NCBI GenBank assembly: GCA_026983675.1
Contig: JALSTP010000075.1
Coordinates: 442-64,441 of the forward strand
From: Sedimenticola sp.
Lineage (GTDB): Bacteria > Pseudomonadota > Gammaproteobacteria > Chromatiales > Chromatiaceae
DNA: 64,000 bases
Reading direction: 5' to 3'
Made by a program: the position numbers and the translations under genes. The notes below the pieces were generated by a model that worked only from the letters and a program-made list of their open reading frames with translations, was not told where the DNA came from and made no database searches. How positions within the stretch are numbered: position 1 is the first letter of the stretch; every line of letters begins with the position of its first letter. Positions 1 to 9,798 of this stretch are shown here, piece by piece.

Positions 1-1769
1 TTGCGGATGCGTTTGTTGGCGCTGGCGAGACTCCCGGCCTCGGGCAGGGTCCGGAACATTGCCACCGCCCGTACCCGTTGGTCGAAATCGGCGGGACGGG
101 TGGGCCGCCGCGCCATCACCGCCTCGACCACATCCGGGGTCATGCTGCGGTCGGCATAGTAGGCGCGCAGGCGTTCCATCATGTAGTCGAAGACCTCGTC
201 AATAGTGCGGTCTTCCACCTCCACCTTGGGGGCGATGTGGCCGGCCGCGTGCTCCAGGAGTTCGAGGAGGTCGAGGTCGAGAGGGACCTCGATGAGGATG
301 CGCAATACGCCCAGGGCGGCGCGCCGCAATCCGAAGGGGTCCTTGACCCCGCTGGGTCTCTGGCCGATGGCAAAGATGCCCACCAGCGTATCCAGTTTGT
401 CGGCGATGGCCACCGCCTGACCGGCGGCGGTCTGCGGCAGGTCGTCCCCCGCATGACGGGGCAGGTAATGTTCCTCGATGGCGGTGGCGACCTCAGCGAG
501 TTCACCGGCATGCTCGGCGTAATAGCGTCCCATGATGCCCTGCAGGCTGGGAAATTCACCCACCATCTCGCTCATCAGATCGCATTTGCTCAATTCCGCG
601 GCGCGGACGGAAGGGCCTTCATCATGACCGAGCCGGTCGGCGATCAAGCGCGTCAGGGCGCCGATACGCCGGGTCTTGTCATACAGGGTGCCGAGCCGGT
701 TCTGAAACACCACCCCTTTGAGGCCTTCGACGAACGTCTCCAACGGGCTTTTGAGGTCCTGCTCCCAGAAAAAGGCGGCGTCACTGAAGCGGGGCCGGAT
801 GACGCGTTCATTGCCGGCCTGCACTTGCCCGGGTTCCCGGCTGTCGATATTGGCGATGGTGATGAAAAACGGCTTGAGTCCGCCGCTCTCGTCCATCACG
901 GGAAAATATTTCTGGTGGGACTGCATGGTGGTGATCAGCACCTCGGGCGGGATCTCCAGGAAGCGCGCCTCATACCGCCCCAGGACCGCCACCGGCCATT
1001 CGTTCAGGGCGCACACCTCGTCCAGCAACACCTCGTCGATGTGGGCGACGCCACCTGCCTCAGCCGCCTTCGCTTCCACCTGCTGGCGGATGGTGGCGCG
1101 CCGTTCTTCAAAAACGGCCACGACGTGGCCGGGATCGAGCAGCCGGTCCGCATATTGATCCGGCCGCTCGATCTCGATGGGTGCGGGGTGATGGAAACGG
1201 TGGCCCCGGGTGAGCCGGTCGGCGGGAATACCCAGAATATTGCCCTCGATCACCTCGTCGCCGAACAGCATCAGGATCCAGTGGACAGGGCGCACGAATT
1301 CCGCGTCTCCCGCGCCCCAACGCATGCGCTTGGGGATGGGCAGGCGCGCCAGGGCCTCTTCCACCATGGCCGGGACCAACACCTTGGTGGGTTTCCCCTC
1401 TTGTCGCTGACGGTAGACGAGCCACGCACCCTTGGGCGTCTCCCGGACTTCGAGATCGCCCACCTCCACGCCACAAGAACGGGCAAAACCCTGAGCCGCC
1501 TTGGTGGGGTTGCCGTCGGCATCGTAGGCGGCCTTGAGCGCCGGCCCCTTGCGTTCCAGTTCGCGATCCGGTTGGGCGGGGGGCAGACCCCGGATCCATA
1601 CCGCCAGCCGCCGTGGGGTGGCGAAGCGCCGTAGTTGGGCAAAGGCCAGGCCGGCTTCGCCGAGCTGTGCAGTGAGGGCGTCGGCAAAGGCGGCGGAAAG
1701 TGATTGCAACGCCTTGGGGGGTAACTCCTCGGTCCCGATCTCCACCAGCAGGTCGCGAACCTCAGCCAT
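1..1769 (-). CDS. glyS: glycine--tRNA ligase beta subunit (3' part runs off the window)
   Basis: My translation of the minus strand from the ATG at 1769 gives [25 protein letters not shown]..., a typical GlyS N-terminus. It overlaps the glyQ stop by 8 nt, as in glyQS operons. It is absent from the ORF track because no stop falls inside the window. Confidence 0.9.
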   Translation of the reverse strand, partial: MAEVRDLLVEIGTEELPPKALQSLSAAFADALTAQLGEAGLAFAQLRRFATPRRLAVWIRGLPPAQPDRELERKGPALKAAYDADGNPTKAAQGFARSCGVEVGDLEVRETPKGAWLVYRQRQEGKPTKVLVPAMVEEALARLPIPKRMRWGAGDAEFVRPVHWILMLFGDEVIEGNILGIPADRLTRGHRFHHPAPIEIERPDQYADRLLDPGHVVAVFEERRATIRQQVEAKAAEAGGVAHIDEVLLDEVCALNEWPVAVLGRYEARFLEIPPEVLITTMQSHQKYFPVMDESGGLKPFFITIANIDSREPGQVQAGNERVIRPRFSDAAFFWEQDLKSPLETFVEGLKGVVFQNRLGTLYDKTRRIGALTRLIADRLGHDEGPSVRAAELSKCDLMSEMVGEFPSLQGIMGRYYAEHAGELAEVATAIEEHYLPRHAGDDLPQTAAGQAVAIADKLDTLVGIFAIGQRPSGVKDPFGLRRAALGVLRILIEVPLDLDLLELLEHAAGHIAPKVEVEDRTIDEVFDYMMERLRAYYADRSMTPDVVEAVMARRPTRPADFDQRVRAVAMFRTLPEAGSLASANKRIR

Positions 1770-2706
1770 GGGCGGCCTCCTCGGCGGCATTCAGCATGGG
1801 GAAACCCAGGGTCTCGCGCCGCGCGTAGTAGGCCTCGGCCACGGCACGGGCCAGGGCGCGCACGCGCAGGATGTAGCGCTGACGCTCGGTGACGGAGATG
1901 GCGTGGCGGGCATCGAGCAGATTGAAGGTGTGCGAGGTCTTGAGCATCTGTTCATAGGCGGGCAGGGGCAGTCCGGCCTCGATCAGCCGCAGGCTTTCCG
2001 TCTCGCAGGTATCGAACCAGTGGAACAGGGTCTCGATATCGGCGTGCTCAAAATTGTAGGCGGACTGTTCCACCTCGTTTTGATGGAATACGTCACCGTA
2101 GCTGACAGGGCCTTGCGGCCCCTGGGTCCAGACCAGATCGAATACGCTTTCCACACCCTGCAGGTACATGGCGATGCGCTCCAGACCGTAGGTGATCTCA
2201 CCGGTGACCGGTCGGCAGTCGAGCCCTCCCACCTGCTGGAAATAGGTGAACTGGGTCACTTCCATGCCATTCAGCCATACCTCCCAGCCCAGACCCCAGG
2301 CGCCAAGCGTCGGCGATTCCCAGTTGTCCTCGACGAAGCGGATGTCATGCACCAGCGGGTCGATGCCCAGCATGCGAAGCGAGCCAAGATAGAGATCCTG
2401 GATATCCAGGGGCGACGGTTTGAGGACCACCTGAAACTGGTAGTAGTGTTGCAAGCGGTTGGGGTTCTCGCCATAGCGGCCGTCGGTGGGGCGGCGCGAT
2501 GGCTGCACGTAGGCGGCATTCCAGGGTTCCGGCCCGATGGCGCGTAGAAACGTGGCGGGGTGAAAGGTCCCGGCCCCCATCTCCATGTCATAGGGTTGCA
2601 GGATGACGCATCCCTGGTCGGCCCAGTAGCGCTGAAGGGTAAAGATTAGCCCCTGGAAGGTGGAAACCCCAGGCGAGGATGCTGTGGTCGGCGCGGTTGT
2701 GTTCAA
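1762..2706 (-). CDS. glyQ: glycine--tRNA ligase alpha subunit
   Basis: 314-aa ORF with [17 protein letters not shown]...[22 protein letters not shown], highly conserved GlyQ sequence. The start codon is TTG. Confidence 0.95.
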   Translation of the reverse strand: MNTTAPTTASSPGVSTFQGLIFTLQRYWADQGCVILQPYDMEMGAGTFHPATFLRAIGPEPWNAAYVQPSRRPTDGRYGENPNRLQHYYQFQVVLKPSPLDIQDLYLGSLRMLGIDPLVHDIRFVEDNWESPTLGAWGLGWEVWLNGMEVTQFTYFQQVGGLDCRPVTGEITYGLERIAMYLQGVESVFDLVWTQGPQGPVSYGDVFHQNEVEQSAYNFEHADIETLFHWFDTCETESLRLIEAGLPLPAYEQMLKTSHTFNLLDARHAISVTERQRYILRVRALARAVAEAYYARRETLGFPMLNAAEEAAHG

Positions 2707-2845
2707 GGGTCAGACCCCTCCCGTAGACAGAGGGTGTCGCAAAACGTCCGGCTCCACCGACAACATGGCTACTCGCAATGCCGGCATCCGCCAGCAGCCG
2801 GCTTGGTTTCACGACCCCTTCAAACAGGAGGGGGAGTATACCGTC

Positions 2846-2864
2846 AAACCCGACGGACTCCTAG
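2846..2864. repeat. solo terminal-repeat fragment of MITE-like family A (AAACCCGACGGACTCCTAG)
   Basis: 18 of 19 nt match the right end of the element at 22557-22578. It ends in CTAG, which contains the TAG stop of the 2861..5065 gene. Confidence 0.6.
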
Positions 2865-5065
2865 CGGTTACTGGACAGGTAGGAGGTGGTCCTGCTGAAG
2901 TCCATGGGGGTGCTGTAGAGAAAGCCCTGCGCCTGGTCGCAGCCAATGCTGCGGAGATAATTGGCCTGAATCTCCTTTTCCACCCCTTCGGCAACCAGCT
3001 TGAGATGCAGCCCGCGAGCCATCGCGGCGATGGCGCTGACAATGGATTCTTCCTCGATATCTTCGGTGATCTCGTCGACGAAGGACTGGTCCATCTTGAG
3101 GGTATTGATGGGCAGCGATTTGAGATAGCTCAACGACGAGTAACCGGTGCCGAAGTCGTCGATGGCGAACTTCACCCCATAGCGCGCAAGTTTCTTAAGC
3201 TGCGCCACCGCCGCCTCCATGTCCTTCATGATGACGTTCTCGGTGATCTCCAGTTCCAGGCAGGAACCGGGCACCTTGTAGGTCTCCAGCAGTTCCACAA
3301 GCATGTTGAGAAACTCAGGATGTTCGAGCTGGGAGGCAGAGATGTTGACCGCGACGGTGCCGAAGGGCAGTCCTTGCTGACGCCATTTGCTGAGATCGGA
3401 GAGCACCTGTTTCAACACCCAGCGGCCGATGGGTATGATCATGCCATTCTCTTCCGCGCAGGCGATGAATTCACCCGGGTCGACCATGCCTTTCTCCGGA
3501 TGATTCCAGCGGATCAGCGCCTCCAGACTGGTCGGGGATCCGTCGTCCAGGCGCACCATCGGCTGGTAGTGGACCACGAATTGATCTTCGCTGAGCGCCC
3601 GGCGCATGCTGCTCTCCATGTACAACCGGTTGGCGTATTTCGTGTCGAGTTGGTCGGAATAGAAGACGTAGCCGTCCCGGCCCTTGGACTTGACTTCATA
3701 CATGGCCATATCGGCGCGTTTGATCAGGGTATCGATCTCGCTGCCGTGCTCGGGATAGAGGGCAATGCCGATGCTGGCGCGCACGTAGAGTTCATGCTCT
3801 TCGATGAGGAAAGGGGGCTTCAGGGCCGCCACGATCTTGTCGGCGATGAGCGCGGCATCCTTTTCGTGGTTGATCTTGGGCAGCAGCAGGGTAAATTCGT
3901 CACCGCCGATGCGCGACAGGGTATCAACCTTGCGGATGGTGCTCTGGATACGGTTGGCCACCGATTGGAGCAGCAGGTCCCCACAGGTATGCCCCAGGGT
4001 GTCGTTGACCAGCTTGAAACGGTCCAGGTCGAGGAACATCACCGCCAGCCGCGTCTTGTCCCGGGCTGCCTGGCGGATGGCGAGGCCGAGACGGTCCTTG
4101 AACAGGGCGCGGTTGGGCAGACCGGTGAGCAGGTCGTGATAGGCCTGGAAGTTGATCATGTCCTCGGCCTTCTTGCGCTCGGTGATGTCGCGGGCGACGC
4201 CGTAGGTGCCGATGAACTGTTTCTCCTTGCCTTCCAGATGGCTGTAGACCCCCATGGAACTCAGCTCCATGGTGATCGGGACGTATTCCGGCCCGTTCTC
4301 CGATTCGCCCACCTTGCGTTTCAGGCGCAGTTCGAGGTTGCGGGTGGCCCGTTCACCGGTGCGCCGTTCGTCGAACATGTGCAGCAGGTCCTTTTGGTCC
4401 GCATCGAACAGGAGTTCGCTGTAGTGCTTGTTGAGCAGATCCTTCTTGTTGTGTCCCAATAGGGATTCGACGCGCTGGTTGAGAAAGCGGAAATGACCGT
4501 TTTGATCAAGGATATAGATGAGATCGGGCGAGTTGTTGACGATGAATCGGTGCAGCTTCTCCGACATACGCAACTGTTCCTGGATGCGGCGGTTCTCCTG
4601 CTCCAGGCGGCGTTTCTTCAGGCTGTTCTCGATGGCCGCAATCACTTCATCCGGTGCATAGGGCTTGCGGATGAAGTCGTCCGCGCCGCGGCGCAGGGTG
4701 CGTGTCGCTTCGTCCCACGATGGCTCGCCGCTGACGATGATGACACCGGTATCGAGTCCGTGGGACTTGATGTGATCGAGGATCTGGTGACCGTCGATCT
4801 CGGGCATACGCAGATCCAACAGCATGAGATCGTAATGTTCCTGGTTCAGCATCTCCAGTGCATCGTGGCCGGAGCCCGCCATTGCCGCCTGGAAACCGGC
4901 CAGCGAGATCAGATCGCGCAGACTCTCACGGTGACGCTGATCGTCATCGACCACCAACAATCGGTAGTATTTTCGGCCCTGGGGTTGATCGAGGCGCGGC
5001 GTGCGCACCGGGAAGTCCACATTGCCCAGGTTGAGATTGGGTAAGGGTGTCTTCATATGTTCCAT
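2861..5065 (-). CDS. response regulator with REC-PAS-GGDEF-EAL domains (c-di-GMP turnover)
   Basis: REC (LLVVDDD...DLMLLDLRMPEIDG), PAS, GGDEF (RIGGDEF with RKVD I-site 5 residues upstream), EAL (EALIRW, DDFGTGYSSL). Confidence 0.9.
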   Translation of the reverse strand: MEHMKTPLPNLNLGNVDFPVRTPRLDQPQGRKYYRLLVVDDDQRHRESLRDLISLAGFQAAMAGSGHDALEMLNQEHYDLMLLDLRMPEIDGHQILDHIKSHGLDTGVIIVSGEPSWDEATRTLRRGADDFIRKPYAPDEVIAAIENSLKKRRLEQENRRIQEQLRMSEKLHRFIVNNSPDLIYILDQNGHFRFLNQRVESLLGHNKKDLLNKHYSELLFDADQKDLLHMFDERRTGERATRNLELRLKRKVGESENGPEYVPITMELSSMGVYSHLEGKEKQFIGTYGVARDITERKKAEDMINFQAYHDLLTGLPNRALFKDRLGLAIRQAARDKTRLAVMFLDLDRFKLVNDTLGHTCGDLLLQSVANRIQSTIRKVDTLSRIGGDEFTLLLPKINHEKDAALIADKIVAALKPPFLIEEHELYVRASIGIALYPEHGSEIDTLIKRADMAMYEVKSKGRDGYVFYSDQLDTKYANRLYMESSMRRALSEDQFVVHYQPMVRLDDGSPTSLEALIRWNHPEKGMVDPGEFIACAEENGMIIPIGRWVLKQVLSDLSKWRQQGLPFGTVAVNISASQLEHPEFLNMLVELLETYKVPGSCLELEITENVIMKDMEAAVAQLKKLARYGVKFAIDDFGTGYSSLSYLKSLPINTLKMDQSFVDEITEDIEEESIVSAIAAMARGLHLKLVAEGVEKEIQANYLRSIGCDQAQGFLYSTPMDFSRTTSYLSSNR

Positions 5066-5084
5066 CGGTGTATTTTGTGCGGGT

Positions 5085-7256
5085 TCAGGGGTTGCCCGCC
5101 TCCGTTGAGGTTACGCGTGGCACGAGTATCTGAAAAACGGTGCCGGAACTGCCGGTCCGGCAACTGATGGAGCCACCCAGTTCATTGACCAGGTTGCGTG
5201 CAATCGTCAGGCCCAGCCCCGAGTGTCCTCCCCCCTTGGTGCTGGTGACCGGAGTAAAGATGTTCTCTATTATATCCTTTGGCATACCGGGACCATTGTC
5301 GGCGACAGTGATCTCCACAAAGGGTTCGCCATTGACGTTCACATTGTCGCGAGCGCCGATCTGGAGCTGCCCTCCTTTGGGCAGTGCTTCCACCGCATTT
5401 TTTATCAGATTGATCAGCACCTGCTTGAGCCGGTCGCGGTGCGTCACGATGGGCGGCATGTTGCGGTCGAGGTCGAGATCCGCACGAATGCCGTGGGTGG
5501 CGAACAGGGAGCGCTCGAACAGGGTGACCACGCCGCGAATGAGCTGTTGGATATCGACAGGTCCTTTCTTACCCTGCGGCGCCGACTGTTTCTGGAATTC
5601 GTCAGGCAGGCGCAACAGGATACGGCCCACCCGTTCGATCTCTTCCTTGATGATCTGCAGGTCCTTGCTGGCAGGGTGATCGTCGCCCAGCTTGCTGCCA
5701 AGGATGTGCAGGTAGTTGTTGATGATGCCGAGGGGATTGTTGGCCTCATGCACCACCTTGCGCGCGCGCAGCGTGAATTCGCTCTGGTCTTCGGCCCGCA
5801 CCTCCTCCAAAGCCTCGGTCTCGCGGATGCTCTTCTCCAGATAGGCGGCGGCCTCGCGGCTGAATACCTCCAACAAGCCGCTCTGGGCGGTGAACATCGT
5901 ATAGGTGGCGCGCTGTACGCCGAGGATCATGGCCCCCAGCGGTTTATCCTCGCCGATCAGCGGGACCACCAGCAACCCTTCCTTGCCAGTTAGGCGGATC
6001 ACCTGGCGGTCGATGACGCTGAGCGGCTTCTCCTTGGCGGAGAAGGTGCATTCGAGGCGCCGCTCCAGCAGGGCCTCGCTGATGATGCTGCGGCCCCTTT
6101 CCAACGGGACGCAGAGGCGGTCCAGTTGGGGATTCTGTCCCGGCAGGGTCTCGCCGCACAGGGCGTTCTTCTCCTCATCGATGAGAAAGAACAGGGTGCC
6201 CCCGATGCCGAACAGGATATTGACATTGTGCTGGACGGCGAGCAGTGTCTCTTCCAGTCCCTTGGCCTGGCGCAGGGTCTGCGAGGTGCCGTCGAGCAGA
6301 GCCATGTTCCTTACCATGCGGGCGAGTTCCAGCCGTTCCTTGTCCACCTGTATCGCCTTGGTGGCATCTTCCCCGGTTTCCCCAGGCAAGGGGGGGATCG
6401 CTTCGGAGGGGTCGATGGCGATGTTCAGCGCCTTTGCCGCCTTTTCCACTTCCTCGTCCACTTCCTTGACAAGGTCCTCGATGACCGGCTGGGCCAACCC
6501 GAACAGGGTGTCCGCCGTCCGGTAGGCCACTTCGGGATCGTAGGGCTTGAGGTTGTCGAACTTGCTTGCCAAGTGCAGCAGTTGCACCAGCGGGTGTGCG
6601 TCCAGCACCATCTCGGTCGGTTCGTCCTGGAAGCGCACGGCGTCGCCGATGAAATCGTCGGCCTGCCACTGGTCGATCAGCCAGGCCCCCAGCTCCGCAT
6701 GGGTGATTCCATAGACCTCCCGTTCCGCCTCGGCCAGCGCAAGGGGATCGTCACTCTTCTCCAGCAAGGCCACGTATTCGTCAGCGAGATTGTCCAACAG
6801 GATGAGCTGCCCGAGCTTGTGCAGCAGACCGGCCAGATAGGCCTCCTCCGGAAATTCGTAACTGATCAAACGGGCCAGGGCGCGGGCGGTATAGGCGCAG
6901 CGCAGCGAGCTGTACCAGAAACGCTTGAGATAGGCCTCCCGGTGGGGGGCGAACTGGGAGAAGAATTGCATCACGCTGGAGGTGATGGCAATGGTCTTGA
7001 TGGTACTCAACCCCAGCACCACCAGCAGCCGGTTGAGGTTGTCCACCTTGCCCCATTGCAGATAGGCCGGGGAGTTGGCCACGTTCATGATCTTTGAGGA
7101 GAGGGCGGCATCCTTGCGGATCAGGGAGGCGAGTTGGTCGAAATTGACCTCGGGATTGTTGCACGCCTGCATCAATTTCAGCAGTATCTGGGGCAGGGTG
7201 GAGAGTTTCTCCACCTCCAGCCGGCTGAGGAGTTTTTCGGGGGGATTGGTGTTCAT
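5085..7256 (-). CDS. HDOD-GAF sensor histidine kinase
   Basis: N-terminal HDOD-like region (LPQILLKLMQACNNPEVNFDQLASLIRKDAALSSKIMNVANS), central GAF-like region, HisKA H-box (HEANNPLGII) and HATPase (DNGPGMP...GGHSGLGL). Lies 20 bp upstream of the REC-GGDEF-EAL gene on the same strand. Confidence 0.85.
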   Translation of the reverse strand: MNTNPPEKLLSRLEVEKLSTLPQILLKLMQACNNPEVNFDQLASLIRKDAALSSKIMNVANSPAYLQWGKVDNLNRLLVVLGLSTIKTIAITSSVMQFFSQFAPHREAYLKRFWYSSLRCAYTARALARLISYEFPEEAYLAGLLHKLGQLILLDNLADEYVALLEKSDDPLALAEAEREVYGITHAELGAWLIDQWQADDFIGDAVRFQDEPTEMVLDAHPLVQLLHLASKFDNLKPYDPEVAYRTADTLFGLAQPVIEDLVKEVDEEVEKAAKALNIAIDPSEAIPPLPGETGEDATKAIQVDKERLELARMVRNMALLDGTSQTLRQAKGLEETLLAVQHNVNILFGIGGTLFFLIDEEKNALCGETLPGQNPQLDRLCVPLERGRSIISEALLERRLECTFSAKEKPLSVIDRQVIRLTGKEGLLVVPLIGEDKPLGAMILGVQRATYTMFTAQSGLLEVFSREAAAYLEKSIRETEALEEVRAEDQSEFTLRARKVVHEANNPLGIINNYLHILGSKLGDDHPASKDLQIIKEEIERVGRILLRLPDEFQKQSAPQGKKGPVDIQQLIRGVVTLFERSLFATHGIRADLDLDRNMPPIVTHRDRLKQVLINLIKNAVEALPKGGQLQIGARDNVNVNGEPFVEITVADNGPGMPKDIIENIFTPVTSTKGGGHSGLGLTIARNLVNELGGSISCRTGSSGTVFQILVPRVTSTEAGNP

Positions 7257-7374
7257 GGGTGCTAGATTTAAGGATTTTGTAAGTCAAGTCAACCTAATAA
7301 CGATTGAAATTGCAAAACCAGGTTAATAAGAGCAGGGTTTTTCCGGGGGTGATGCACCCCTTAGAGCATAGAGC

Positions 7375-8454
7375 ATGATAGAAGCAAGCGATACCCTGGT
7401 ACCGGGTTCCAACGAGGCTTTCGTGGTGGCGGTCACCGCGGTGGGTAAAAGCGCCGATGGCGGGCGGATCGCCTATGAGTTGGCGGTGGCCTTTGCCCTC
7501 AGTGGCCTGAAGGCCGTGCTTCTGGATGGCGAGCCGGCGGCGCGCAGCGCGTTGATGGCCACCGCCGACCGGCGTGGGGCGTGGGATATGGGCAGGCCGG
7601 TGGAAGAGAGTCTCATCGGTCTGGCGGGGAACGCCATGTTGTTGCCGGGAGCGGGCCGGATGGTGGAGCCTCTCGATGACGAGGAAACCAACGCCGTTGC
7701 TTCAGCATCGGAATGGCTGGAGACCCATTTCGATCATGTCGTGATCCATGTACCGAAGGGCATCAGCCACGAGGCCCTGCAACTCCTCAAGATGGCGCCC
7801 TACCTTTTGCTGGTAATCACGCCGGAACCCGCCGCATTGACCGACGGATTTTCCCTGTTGAGGGTGCTGCATTCGAGTGGGGCGCGTCCGCGGATATTCG
7901 TTTTGACCCACGAGGTTTCATCCCGTGAGGAATCGGCGCATCTCTACCAGCGTTTCCAAAAACTGGTTGCGGGCCGCCTGCCTGTCTACATGCATCATAT
8001 CGGTTTTATACCGTTGGGCGGTCTCGAGGATCCGGGCAAGGTCCCCTTGATCAAGCGCGACCGGCACTCGCCCACGGGCCGTGCCTTGGGCCATCTGGCG
8101 CTGGAATTGGAAACGATCAGGTTGGAGGGTGTCCCGCGCGGCACGCTGTCGGAGATGTGGCGTCGGCTCCAACAGGGAGAGGAGCCGCAGCCCCAGCCAT
8201 TGATCGATCGGCGCGATGCCGAAGAGGGCGAGGGATTTGCGCAGCGCTGGCAACAACAGATCGAGGAGGCATGGCGACGCGGGGAGCTGTCGCGGCGTGA
8301 TCTCGAACGCATTGTGGAGCGGCTGGGTACATTACAGGCGGAGGCGCGCCTGGAGATGGCAAGGGCCAACGATCTGGAGCGGCTGAAACGCGCCAGCCTG
8401 GAGGCGGCGGCGCTGGGGCGCGAGAAAGCGCGGCACAAACCGCACGATCTGTAG
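7375..8454 (+). CDS. ParA/MinD-fold protein with degenerate Walker A and a charged coiled-coil-like C-terminus
   Basis: Resembles MinD/FlhG overall (VVAVTAVGKSADGG..., DHVVIHVP, LLLVITPEP), but the deviant Walker A GKGGxGKT is not intact. The C-terminal ~90 aa are rich in R/E/Q. Confidence 0.55.
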   Translation: MIEASDTLVPGSNEAFVVAVTAVGKSADGGRIAYELAVAFALSGLKAVLLDGEPAARSALMATADRRGAWDMGRPVEESLIGLAGNAMLLPGAGRMVEPLDDEETNAVASASEWLETHFDHVVIHVPKGISHEALQLLKMAPYLLLVITPEPAALTDGFSLLRVLHSSGARPRIFVLTHEVSSREESAHLYQRFQKLVAGRLPVYMHHIGFIPLGGLEDPGKVPLIKRDRHSPTGRALGHLALELETIRLEGVPRGTLSEMWRRLQQGEEPQPQPLIDRRDAEEGEGFAQRWQQQIEEAWRRGELSRRDLERIVERLGTLQAEARLEMARANDLERLKRASLEAAALGREKARHKPHDL

Positions 8455-8517
8455 CGGCGGCGCCCCACGGATTCGGGTTATAGTGTGTCCCATCGCCGTT
8501 ATTCCAGACGAAACACC

Positions 8518-9561
8518 ATGACGAAACAGCGCAAGGCCATCGCTCTGATCTCCGGGGGACTCGATTCCCTGTTGGCGGCAAAGGTGGTCCAGGAACAAGG
8601 TGTCCTGGTGGAGGGCATCAACTTCTTCACCGGTTTCTGTGTGGAAGGGCATACCCATGCCATCCGCAAGCGCGACCGTGCGCGGCCAAAACGCAACAAC
8701 GCCCTGTGGGTGGCGGAGCAACTCGGCATCCGGTTGCACATCGTGGATATCGTGGAAGAGTACAAGGAGGTGGTGTTCAATCCCCGCCACGGTTACGGGG
8801 CAAACCTGAATCCCTGCCTCGACTGCAAGATCTTCATGGTGAAAAAGGCCCATGAATGGATCCGCGAACATGATTTCGACTTCATCATCACCGGCGAAGT
8901 GGTGGGTCAGCGGCCCAAATCGCAGCGCAAGGACACCATGCCAGTGGTGGCGCGGGAATCGGGTGCCGACGATCTGCTGCTCCGGCCGCTCTGCGCCCGG
9001 AACCTGCCGCCCACGCGCCCGGAACGGGAGGGGTGGGTTGACCGTGAGGCGCTCTACGATTTCAGCGGGCGCAGCCGCAAGCCGCAGATGGCGCTGGCGG
9101 CGCGTTTCGGTTTCGAGGACTACGCCCAGCCGGCAGGGGGCTGTTGTTTCCTTACCGATGCCCAGTATTCGGCGAAGCTGACCGACCTCTGGCAGGCGCG
9201 TGGCGAGAAGCGCTACGAACTCGACGACATCATGTTGCTCAAGGTGGGGCGTCATCTCCGCCCGGCCCCGCACTTCAAGGTGATCATCGCGCGGGAAGAG
9301 GGGGAGGTGAACTACCTCAAGGGTTATCGCGGGCAGTATGTGAACCTTGCGCCGGTGAGCCACAGCGGACCGTTGGCGCTGATCGATGGCGCCGCGTCGG
9401 ATGCGGATCTGCGTTTGGCTGCCCGTTTGGTGGCCCGTTATAGCAAGGGCCGTGCCGCCCCGGAGGTGGAGGTCGAGGTGCGGCAGCCCGGGGGCGGGGT
9501 GCATACCCTCAAGGTGTCGCCCATGCCTCCCGGCGAGATCCCCGCGGAGTGGATGCTTTGA
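8518..9561 (+). CDS. PP-loop (adenine-nucleotide alpha-hydrolase) family ATPase, ThiI/MnmA-like sulfurtransferase candidate
   Basis: SGGLDS PP-loop motif, NPCLDCK and GGCCF cysteine motifs. The start is taken at ATG 8518; the ORF track opens at GTG 8485. Confidence 0.75.
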   Translation: MTKQRKAIALISGGLDSLLAAKVVQEQGVLVEGINFFTGFCVEGHTHAIRKRDRARPKRNNALWVAEQLGIRLHIVDIVEEYKEVVFNPRHGYGANLNPCLDCKIFMVKKAHEWIREHDFDFIITGEVVGQRPKSQRKDTMPVVARESGADDLLLRPLCARNLPPTRPEREGWVDREALYDFSGRSRKPQMALAARFGFEDYAQPAGGCCFLTDAQYSAKLTDLWQARGEKRYELDDIMLLKVGRHLRPAPHFKVIIAREEGEVNYLKGYRGQYVNLAPVSHSGPLALIDGAASDADLRLAARLVARYSKGRAAPEVEVEVRQPGGGVHTLKVSPMPPGEIPAEWML

Positions 9562-9791
9562 AACGGGTCGTCCTCGACGCGCGGCGGCTGCTCTGTCCCA
9601 TGCCGGTCATCCGGGTGCAGGACCGGGTCGCCGGACTTTCGCCTGGCACCGAGTTGGAGGCGGTGTGCACCGATCCCGGCGTGCTCAACGACATTCCGGC
9701 CTGGTGCCGGGTCAATGGCCATACCGTGGTGGAGACGCGCACCGAAGGGGACGAGTATATCGTCGTGATTCGGGTGGAACCGACGGGGTAG
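9549..9791 (+). CDS. tusA: TusA-family sulfur carrier protein
   Basis: 80 aa with the CPxP active-site motif (RLLCPMPV). It overlaps the PP-loop gene stop. An in-frame TTG at 9558 is an alternative start and gives a TTGA overlap. Confidence 0.85.
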   Translation: MDALKRVVLDARRLLCPMPVIRVQDRVAGLSPGTELEAVCTDPGVLNDIPAWCRVNGHTVVETRTEGDEYIVVIRVEPTG

Positions 9792-9798
9792 GGCCTCG

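Noticed and set aside
78-1634. 518-aa plus-strand ORF, and many similar long ORFs (for example 2660-4462 +, 8332-9504 -, 9712-11052 -, 11306-12673 -, 23282-24706 -, 30318-31811 +, 33610-35442 +, 46510-47712 +, 50496-51758 +, 54637-55818 -, 62846-63937 -).
   Set aside because: Each lies antisense to, or out of frame with, a gene that has clear family motifs. Their translations are Arg/Gly/Ala/Pro-rich with no recognisable domains, the usual shadow ORFs of high-GC DNA.
7262-7280. CTAGATTTAAGGATTTTG next to the HDOD-kinase start resembles the left end of family A (CTAG...GGATTTAGGATTAATC).
   Set aside because: Only ~10 nt match and 11 nt of the terminal repeat are missing. This could be chance in an AT-rich promoter region.
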